Part shown: one piece after another, positions 57,832-64,000 of the stretch
Layout of the letters: each line of letters opens with the position of its first letter
Numbering within the stretch: position 1 is the stretch's first letter
NCBI GenBank assembly: GCA_019636195.1
Contig: JAHBYA010000002.1
Coordinates: 18,311 to 82,310, forward strand
Length of the DNA stretch: 64,000 bases
DNA from: Planctomycetota bacterium
Lineage (GTDB): Bacteria; Planctomycetota; UBA8742; UBA2392
Direction: 5' to 3'
The notes under the pieces: generated by a model
Told to the model about the DNA's origin: nothing
The model's database searches: none
What the model saw: the letters and a program-made list of their open reading frames with translations, nothing else
Made by a program: the position numbers and the translations under genes

Positions 57832-59010
57832 TTACTTGCGTTCGCGGGTTTGGCCGGCACGGACTGTGTCCAGCCATGCGTACAAGCCGGCCATCTGCTG
57901 GTGAAAGTCGTGGGTGTGGCCATCGAGCGGATTCTTAAAGAACGGCGCCAGCTGCGCCAGCATGCCGCTTTCGCCGCGCTGCCAGGCAAGGTCAACCAGG
58001 CGCACGAGGTCCAGCACCAGCGGCGCCGCGAGCGCGCTGTCGCAGCCCTGCCACGTGAACTGCATCGTCATCGGCGTGCCGAGAAAGCCCTCGAAATGGA
58101 TGAGGTCCCACGCGGTCTTCCAGTCGCCGAGGCTGGGCACGTACTGGATGTCCGTGCGCACAAAGGCGCCGCCCAGCATCTCGCGCAGCGCTACATCTTT
58201 CTGGCGCAGTTTGCTGTCCTTGCTGGCGGGCGCGTCAAGCACAGCGCCATCGTTGTTGCCCAAAAAGTTGTTGCCCATCCATGACAGCACCTTCAGGTTG
58301 CGGGCCAGAAACATCGGGCCCAGCACGGTCTTGAGCAGCGTTTCGCCGGTTTTGCCGTCTTTGCCGGCGTGCGGCAGGCGTGAATCGCGCGCGATCTTGC
58401 GCAGCGCGGGCAACTCGCTGGCTTGGCTGGGCGTGAAATTGACATAGGCACAACCCTGGCGCAGCGCCGCCAGCGCGTTGAGCAGTGTGCCGGTGCAGAA
58501 GCCACCGCCGGCCTTGGGCAGCGCTGCCATCAGGGCCTCGGGCGTGTCAAAGTCGGCGGTTTCAGCAAAGTGCGGCTCGGTGCTGCAAAGATTTACCACG
58601 ATCACGCGGTCAAGACTGTTGTCGGTGCGAAAGCGCGCTATGCGCTCTTCAATCCGGGTGAGTTCCGCCAGGTAGCCGCCCTTCGGAATCGCGCCATAGG
58701 CAAAACCCTGCACGGTCTGGATGTTGCGGTCAACACCCGTCAACTCGTCACGCAGGGCTGCGGCAAGCTGGCTGGGCAATACGCGTGCTTCGCCAAGTTC
58801 GATGGCCTTTTCGTGCAGCGGCTTGCTGTTTACGTCGACACCGCCGAACACCAGGTCCGGCAAGCCCGTCAGACCGATTCCCCTGAACTCCGGGCCTTCT
58901 GTGACCATGCCCGTGCCTGTGGCACGGTTGCTGCGAATGGCCAGCGCACCCGTGATCACTGTGGTCGCGACGTTGCCCCGCGCGCCGATGAAATACACCC
59001 CGATGCCCAT
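57832..59010 (-). CDS. myo-Inositol-1-phosphate (inositol-3-phosphate) synthase
   Basis: VNFTPSQ...LPHAGKDGKTGETLLKTVLGPMF and TDIQYVPSLGDWKTAWDLIHFEGFLG are colinear with archaeal/bacterial MIPS (e.g. NFTPSPG...PHAGNDGKTGETL ... YFPSLVDNKTAFDFVHFKGFLG). Confidence 0.85.
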   Translation of the reverse strand: MGIGVYFIGARGNVATTVITGALAIRSNRATGTGMVTEGPEFRGIGLTGLPDLVFGGVDVNSKPLHEKAIELGEARVLPSQLAAALRDELTGVDRNIQTVQGFAYGAIPKGGYLAELTRIEERIARFRTDNSLDRVIVVNLCSTEPHFAETADFDTPEALMAALPKAGGGFCTGTLLNALAALRQGCAYVNFTPSQASELPALRKIARDSRLPHAGKDGKTGETLLKTVLGPMFLARNLKVLSWMGNNFLGNNDGAVLDAPASKDSKLRQKDVALREMLGGAFVRTDIQYVPSLGDWKTAWDLIHFEGFLGTPMTMQFTWQGCDSALAAPLVLDLVRLVDLAWQRGESGMLAQLAPFFKNPLDGHTHDFHQQMAGLYAWLDTVRAGQTRERK

Positions 59011-59012
59011 CG

Positions 59013-60053
59013 CTACTCCTCAAGCGCCGCCATTGCCCGCGATACCAGTTCCCGACGCTGGGGCGTTTGTGACGCCAATTCTGCTGAACTTGACCCGCCG
59101 GCAACCTCGATCGCCGGCAGCGCCACGAACGTTGAAGCAGCGCTGTTGCCGGTCATCACGCCATCGCGTCCGCTGTCGGTGGTGCCCCCCACCTTGTCCG
59201 CGCGCTCACCTGCGCCCAAGGCGATGTTCTCAAGCCTGCTTGCAAGCTCGTTGCGCTGCACGGCGCCCGTCGGCGCAGTTTCCGGCAACTCGGATGCGGC
59301 TTGCCGCAGCCTCTGGTCGCCGCCGTCCTGCGCGGCCTTGCGCGCCTGGTCAAGGGCCGCCTGCCGTTCCTGCTGCGTGGCGGTTTCACTGCGCATGGCC
59401 TGCGCGGCGTTGCGCATGCTCGCAGCCGCCTGCTTCAGGCCCATGGCCTGTGCGGCTGCCTGCGCATCGGCTGCGTCGCGCTGTCGCTGTACATCGATGC
59501 TGAAAGCCTGGGCCCCGGCCTGCTGCGGGCCCTGCGCCTGCGGTGCAATTCCCGAGGCAGCGGCCCACACCAGCGCCGTCGTGGCCATCACCAGCGCCAG
59601 CGGCAGCGCCAGCAACTCACGGGTAGGCAGCATGTGCGGCGCCGGCAACGCCAGCGCCCGGCGCAATGCGGCGTCAGCACGGGAAATCAACGGCGGCAGA
59701 AACGCGCTGTCAGGCGCAACTTCCAGCGCGGTTGACAGCACCGCCTCGTGCCGCGTCAGCCGCGCTTCGAGGGATAGCGCGGCCTCGCGCAAATCCGGCG
59801 CTGGGTCACGCGCCAGCGTCCGGGCTGTACTGACGATGAACACGCAAACGCCGAACGCGAGCGCAAGCCAGTGCGCGCCAGGCAACCCGGTCCCGAGCAT
59901 CATCGGCAAAGCATGCAGCAGCAGCACACCGGCGAGCACCCCCGCACAGCCACGTACCGCCCCGCGCGCGACGGCGCGGGTCAGCCGCCGCGCGTGCAGT
60001 CGCAACGCAAAAGCGCGCAGACGGGCATTCAGCTGGGCAGCGGCGGCGGTCAT
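59013..60053 (-). CDS. Hypothetical membrane protein (N-terminal TM helices, Ala/Gln/Arg-rich helical domain)
   Basis: 346 aa. Its stop is 2 nt from the MIPS start, and its start overlaps the upstream lipoprotein gene (ATGA). Confidence 0.45.
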   Translation of the reverse strand: MTAAAAQLNARLRAFALRLHARRLTRAVARGAVRGCAGVLAGVLLLHALPMMLGTGLPGAHWLALAFGVCVFIVSTARTLARDPAPDLREAALSLEARLTRHEAVLSTALEVAPDSAFLPPLISRADAALRRALALPAPHMLPTRELLALPLALVMATTALVWAAASGIAPQAQGPQQAGAQAFSIDVQRQRDAADAQAAAQAMGLKQAAASMRNAAQAMRSETATQQERQAALDQARKAAQDGGDQRLRQAASELPETAPTGAVQRNELASRLENIALGAGERADKVGGTTDSGRDGVMTGNSAASTFVALPAIEVAGGSSSAELASQTPQRRELVSRAMAALEE

Positions 60054-60844
60054 TCGTGAGGCTCAAAGATCAGGACCACGCGTGCAGGCTGGCCGCGCTC
60101 GGCGCGAGGTATGCCGGGCGCGTTCGGGTTGGGCGAATAGACGTCTGAGTGCATGCCGCTCTCACGGTCGTTGTCCAGCACGCACGACGAGTCGCGCCAC
60201 AGCGCGACGATGTTGCCCTTGAGGTCAGCTTCGAAGATGGAACGGTTCAGGTCAGGCTTGTACTGCTCAAAGCTGCCGGTAAACACCCAGCCCACCGGCT
60301 CGGGCTTTTCCTTCAGTCGAAAGTCGGTCAGCCAATCTTCCACGCGCACGGTTGTCTGCTCGCCGGTGTCGGCGTGCTTGAAGCGCACGCTGATCTTCAC
60401 GCGGTCGCCCTTGGGCTTCTCGAAATAACCCCGGCCGGTGCGCTTTTCAGTGCTTTCCGACAAGCCGACAATCTCAAGGCCGCGCTTGAGGTGCTCGCCG
60501 CGGGCGCTGGTCGCGAACAGCGCTTCGTGGGTCGCGCCGCCAGGCGACACGACCAGAAACTCCAGCGGCCGGGTTTGTTCGCTGAGCATCACGGCGTCCA
60601 TCTCCACTTGCCGCTTGGCGGGGTACACACGCAGGCCTCCTTCAAAGCTGACATACTCGGCGTCGCGCTGCGAGGCTGTGTCCCGTTTAGGATCAGGCTC
60701 CGGATTGGGCTCTGGCGCTGTGTTCGACTTCGTCGGCCCATTGCCGACTGGCGCGTTGGAGGCGGCTGGCTGGCGCTGGGCTTCATTGTTTGAGCCACAG
60801 CCGGCAGACATCACAGCGAAAGTCAGCACCAGCATCCAGCGCAT
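60050..60844 (-). CDS. Hypothetical lipoprotein with Pro-rich linker
   Basis: Start at MRWMLVLTFAVMSAGC (lipobox), followed by a PEPNPEPDPK linker. Confidence 0.45.
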   Translation of the reverse strand: MRWMLVLTFAVMSAGCGSNNEAQRQPAASNAPVGNGPTKSNTAPEPNPEPDPKRDTASQRDAEYVSFEGGLRVYPAKRQVEMDAVMLSEQTRPLEFLVVSPGGATHEALFATSARGEHLKRGLEIVGLSESTEKRTGRGYFEKPKGDRVKISVRFKHADTGEQTTVRVEDWLTDFRLKEKPEPVGWVFTGSFEQYKPDLNRSIFEADLKGNIVALWRDSSCVLDNDRESGMHSDVYSPNPNAPGIPRAERGQPARVVLIFEPHE

Positions 60845-60954
60845 TCTAGCCTCCGTAATCAGTACCCCGGATCGGGGCACCCTGACAATCATTAGACGCA
60901 AATTGAAGGCATAAAGCCTACCAATTCCGCAGCTTGCGTCAGCCACCCCGCGGA

Positions 60955-61569
60955 CTACCGGTAGCGGCCCAAGGCGTCGGTGAACTTGAATACGACACCA
61001 AGGGTTGGCTGGCCGCGCCCTGCCCGCAGTTCGTTGACACCGGCAACAGAATCAACTGCCAACGACACAAAGACCCAAGGGGCCGTCCCGGAAGCCGCGC
61101 CTTGCGTAGAGTTGACCGCAAAGCTGACCTCAACGTTCTCGATGCGGGTGCTGCCGGAGTCGGCAATGTACTCCTCAATGGCAGCAACCAGCGCCTTGAA
61201 CGCGCGGGCGTACGCCTCTTTCTTGGCGCGTACCTGGGGGCCGCGGTCGGTATCGAGAATCACGACTTGCGGCAGCGTCGCGTAGCTGTCAGGCACCGGC
61301 CTGCGCCCGCGCGACTGCATGGCCACGACGTAGCTGTTGGCGCCCGCGGCCTCGTCCCACAAGCAGTACAGCGTCAGGTGCTCGCGCGGCATCGAGGGGT
61401 TGTTCGTGATGCCCTGTTCGCGCGGCAGCTCGATCTTGAAGCACTCTTCCTTCGTGATGAAGCGCGTGCACAGGAGGAAGAAAATCAACAACTGGAACGT
61501 CACGTCGATCATCGGCGTGAGGTCGGGCGCGGCCTTTTCAGGTTCGCGACGACGTTTGCGTGCACGCAT
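60955..61569 (-). CDS. ExbD/TolR family protein with extended C-terminal domain (paralog a)
   Basis: DLTPMIDVTFQLLIFFLL is the ExbD TM signature. At 204 aa it is longer than canonical ExbD (~140 aa). Confidence 0.7.
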   Translation of the reverse strand: MRARKRRREPEKAAPDLTPMIDVTFQLLIFFLLCTRFITKEECFKIELPREQGITNNPSMPREHLTLYCLWDEAAGANSYVVAMQSRGRRPVPDSYATLPQVVILDTDRGPQVRAKKEAYARAFKALVAAIEEYIADSGSTRIENVEVSFAVNSTQGAASGTAPWVFVSLAVDSVAGVNELRAGRGQPTLGVVFKFTDALGRYR

Positions 61570-61590
61570 GGCGGACTCCTTGCAGGATCC

Positions 61591-61641
61591 GCCCCGGGAT
61601 GCTGATTAAACGACCGGGGCGCGAGAAAGTTCTCGCGCCCC
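61591..61641 (-). other. Two overlapping, mutually exclusive GC-rich hairpins between the exbD paralogs (GCCCCGG-N16-CCGGGGC and GGGGCGCGAGAA-AG-TTCTCGCGCCCC)
   Basis: Seen in the sequence. The 12-bp perfect stem is followed on the transcribed strand by GGUCGUUUAAUC. Confidence 0.35.
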
Positions 61642-61658
61642 GCTTGATGATAACCCGG

Positions 61659-62279
61659 TCAGCCGGCGTAGCGGCCCATAGAGTCCGCGAACTTGAAGGT
61701 CACGGTCAGTGGCTGCTGGCCGCGCTCGACGCGGTTGGAGTTTACGCGGGTTGCGGCGTCCACTGCCAGCGACACGAACATCCAGGGCGCAGTGCCGGAC
61801 GTGGCGCCAGCCATGGCGTTGACGGCAAAGCTTATCTCAAGCTTTTCAATCTGGTCGCTGCCGCTGCCGATGATGTATTGCTCAACGGCGTTGACCAGGT
61901 TGTTGAAGACCTGGCTGTAAAGCGCCTTCTTGGTGCGGATGGCATCGTTGCGATCGCTGGTGAAGATGACCATGCTTTCCAGCGTGGCGTAGCTGTCGGG
62001 CACGGGCTTGCGGCCGCGGGCGTCGATGGCGACGACGTAGTTGTTGCTCTTGCTGCCTTCGTCCCACATGCAGTAGATGGTGACCTGCTCTTTGGGTACG
62101 GAAGGAGCGCTGGAGAGGCCTTCGTCCTTGGGCAGCTGCACCTGGTGGTTGCGCTCGTCAACCTTGAAGCGTGTGCACAAGATGAAGAAGATCAGCAGCT
62201 GGAACGTCACGTCGATCATCGGCGTGAGGTCCGCCTTTGCACTGTCTTCTTCGCGTGTGCGCTTGCGTTTGCGTGCCAT
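61659..62279 (-). CDS. ExbD/TolR family protein with extended C-terminal domain (paralog b)
   Basis: DLTPMIDVTFQLLIFFIL, 206 aa, paralogous to 60955..61569 along its whole length. Confidence 0.7.
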   Translation of the reverse strand: MARKRKRTREEDSAKADLTPMIDVTFQLLIFFILCTRFKVDERNHQVQLPKDEGLSSAPSVPKEQVTIYCMWDEGSKSNNYVVAIDARGRKPVPDSYATLESMVIFTSDRNDAIRTKKALYSQVFNNLVNAVEQYIIGSGSDQIEKLEISFAVNAMAGATSGTAPWMFVSLAVDAATRVNSNRVERGQQPLTVTFKFADSMGRYAG

Positions 62280-62309
62280 GGGTGTCTCCGTGCCGGCGTG
62301 TGGCCGGGT

Positions 62310-62819
62310 TTAGTCGATTTCCTGGTCTTTCATGATGGCAATCTTGATCTTGTAGATCTTGATCAGCGCCATCAGCTCGATCAGCTGCCCGAAGTACTGG
62401 GCCGGTGCACGGGCATCGCAGCGCACTACAATCATGTTCTCGCTGATGCCGTCCGGGCCGCGGCCGGTGTAGTCGGCGCTTTCATCCACGCGGTCAGCCT
62501 GTTCCTGCAGGATGCCTTCCATTTCCTTGATGTTCTTGGGCTCAGGATGGCCGTGGCAGAAGTACCCGAAGATCTCCGGCAGCACCGCGTCGCTGGACTG
62601 GTCAGCCGGCGCGATATGGATGACAAACGGGCGCTTGCTTTGCGGATCTTCTTCGTTGGCGGCGAGCGCGTCGGGCAGGCGCAGGTTCACGTTCTCCTGC
62701 GTCGTGATCTGCGTGACCACCAGGAAGAAGATGATCAGCAGGAACACCACGTCGATCATCGGTGTCAGGTCAACCTCGACCTTGTCCGAGCGGGCGCCAG
62801 TTTTGCGTACTTTGGCCAT
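62310..62819 (-). CDS. ExbD/TolR family protein (canonical length)
   Basis: VDLTPMIDVVFLLIIFFLV, 169 aa. Confidence 0.75.
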   Translation of the reverse strand: MAKVRKTGARSDKVEVDLTPMIDVVFLLIIFFLVVTQITTQENVNLRLPDALAANEEDPQSKRPFVIHIAPADQSSDAVLPEIFGYFCHGHPEPKNIKEMEGILQEQADRVDESADYTGRGPDGISENMIVVRCDARAPAQYFGQLIELMALIKIYKIKIAIMKDQEID

Positions 62820-62873
62820 GATTAGGGCTCCACAAGGGCGGGGCCGGGACCCCGCCCTTGCCTGAAGTGTTGG

Positions 62874-63614
62874 TTACTGCTGGCCGGCGTAGGCCGCAAT
62901 CGTTTCCACCATGTCGTCGGCGACAAGCGTGATGCTGGTGCCGATCGACTGCACCTTGTTCTTGAAGAACCAGAAGAACGAAAGGCCGGGGATGGCGATG
63001 ATCAGACCGCAAACCGTCGAGAGTAGGGCCAGCGAAATGCCGCCTGCCACCATCTTCGGGTTCACCTGGCCGCCGGGCGCGTTTTCAATCTGTTCGAAGG
63101 CCTGCACCATACCCGTCACGGTGCCGAACAGGCCCATCAGCGGGCCGACCGATGCGCACAGCGCGATCGGCGAGATATGGAACTCGACCTTGCCCTGCTC
63201 GGCGTCGGCCATGGCGATGGCCGCGTCCTTGACGCTTTCGGGGCCGTACTGCATGCGGTTCAGGCCCGCACCAACAATGCGCGTAAGGTAGTTGGGGGCG
63301 CTTTCGCAGTACTGCAGCGCGCCCTCAAGGTCGCCTTCGTCAATGTAGTTCTGGAGCGCGCCGATCACTTCGGGCGGCACGATCTTGTCGCGACGAACGT
63401 TCACGAAGCACTCAATGATCCAGCCGAACATGAACACCGAAGTCAGGATGATGATCAGCTGGGTCAGGATACCGAAGGCCCCTGACGGGATGCCCAGGAT
63501 CTTTTCACCCAGCGAGTATCCGCCCTCCTGGGCGAACAAGGCCGGCGCCAGTACCGCGGCAACGGCGAAGATGAGCACGCCATAGAAGGCTTGCTTGGTG
63601 ATCTTGACGTTCAT
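62874..63614 (-). CDS. MotA/TolQ/ExbB proton-channel family protein
   Basis: 246 aa with an N-terminal signal-like segment, then the ExbB TM core (GPLMGLFGTVTGMVQAF...GGISLALLSTVCGLIIAIP). Confidence 0.8.
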   Translation of the reverse strand: MNVKITKQAFYGVLIFAVAAVLAPALFAQEGGYSLGEKILGIPSGAFGILTQLIIILTSVFMFGWIIECFVNVRRDKIVPPEVIGALQNYIDEGDLEGALQYCESAPNYLTRIVGAGLNRMQYGPESVKDAAIAMADAEQGKVEFHISPIALCASVGPLMGLFGTVTGMVQAFEQIENAPGGQVNPKMVAGGISLALLSTVCGLIIAIPGLSFFWFFKNKVQSIGTSITLVADDMVETIAAYAGQQ

Positions 63615-63810
63615 GAGAGGCCTCTTCCTTGCAAACAGGTCTTATTTTGGAACGCCGCCCGCCCTCGGCAGGTCAGAACCGGCGCCCTTGTTTGTGGTAT
63701 CTTCAAAACGACAGTGTGGCAGGAAAGTTCGGGCAATTTCTGAAATTGGCAGAAGGGTCAGGGGGCGCCTCAACGGCGCCCCCGGCTGTGCCTTTACTCA
63801 TGGGCTGACT

Positions 63811-64000
63811 ACTCGCCCTTCTTGTAGCGGGTGATCTTCTGCTGGATGCCGGCGATCGACTCGTCTTCCGCCGCACGGGACTTGGGCATCAGGTTCAGCA
63901 ACTCGGCCAGGTACTTCTCGCCCAGCTTGGCGTGGTTGCTGGCTGTGGTTTCATTGGCCTTGCCGAGTTCTGCCAGTTCCGCGCAGGCACGGGCGGCACC
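63811..64000 (-). CDS. C-terminal fragment of a hypothetical protein (gene continues beyond the window)
   Basis: Open frame ending ...IAGIQQKITRYKKGE*, followed by the GC hairpin GGGGCGCC-TCAAC-GGCGCCCC at 63757..63777. Confidence 0.3.

Noticed and set aside
58423-60222. 599-aa + strand ORF
   Set aside because: Low-complexity Ala/Arg/Ser translation opposite the MIPS and membrane-protein genes.
60050-60844. Calling the Pro-rich lipoprotein after the exbD genes a TonB
   Set aside because: It has an N-terminal anchor and a PEPNPEPDPK linker, but the C-terminal region does not resemble the conserved TonB C-terminal domain. It is left as hypothetical.
1-64000. Search for CRISPR arrays, rRNA and tRNA genes
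   Set aside because: I found no array of regularly spaced direct repeats, no rRNA-like segments and no convincing cloverleaf in any intergenic region by eye. tRNAscan-SE or Infernal would be needed to be definitive.

Overview
High-GC (~65-68%) bacterial chromosomal segment, Gram-negative type (lipoproteins, Mla, ExbBD, and a PrkA/SpoVR stress-sporulation-family gene pair). It is densely coding and has no rRNA/tRNA genes or CRISPR arrays that I could recognise. Mostly housekeeping and cell-envelope genes: an orphan dppABC-like peptide ABC importer lacking its ATPases; prkA followed by a zinc-ribbon protein and a GT9 heptosyltransferase; a YceH/DUF480 gene; dapA; two tandem paralogous giant secreted kexin-like subtilases (S8 + P-domain + PKD-like repeats); spoVR; an MBL hydrolase; HtrA plus a PDZ/HEAT repeat protein; dus; a repeat-rich lipoprotein translationally coupled to mlaEFD; hemX-hemA; ppk2; an orphan histidine kinase coupled to purD; bioB; cysS-ispF; tryptophan dioxygenase and kynureninase; a CAP-domain secreted protein; ppx-ppk1; hydantoinase A/B; rhodanese; mdh; myo-inositol-3-phosphate synthase; and an exbB plus 3x exbD cluster without an obvious tonB. 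The most notable observations are: (i) a TlpA-like thioredoxin-fold gene whose reading frame is interrupted only by an in-frame TGA exactly at the first Cys of the CxxC redox motif, making it a candidate selenoprotein; (ii) four secreted proteins sharing a Gly-rich/Cys - hydrophobic helix - Arg-rich C-terminal sorting signal (MYXO-CTERM/GlyGly-CTERM-like), implying a sortase-like system encoded elsewhere; (iii) a ~520-aa lipoprotein with about 20 short P-F-containing repeats coupled to an Mla-like lipid transporter; (iv) an ExbB/3xExbD motor cluster with intra-operon GC hairpins. Gene starts are approximate in several cases, because high-GC ORFs extend upstream of the true start.
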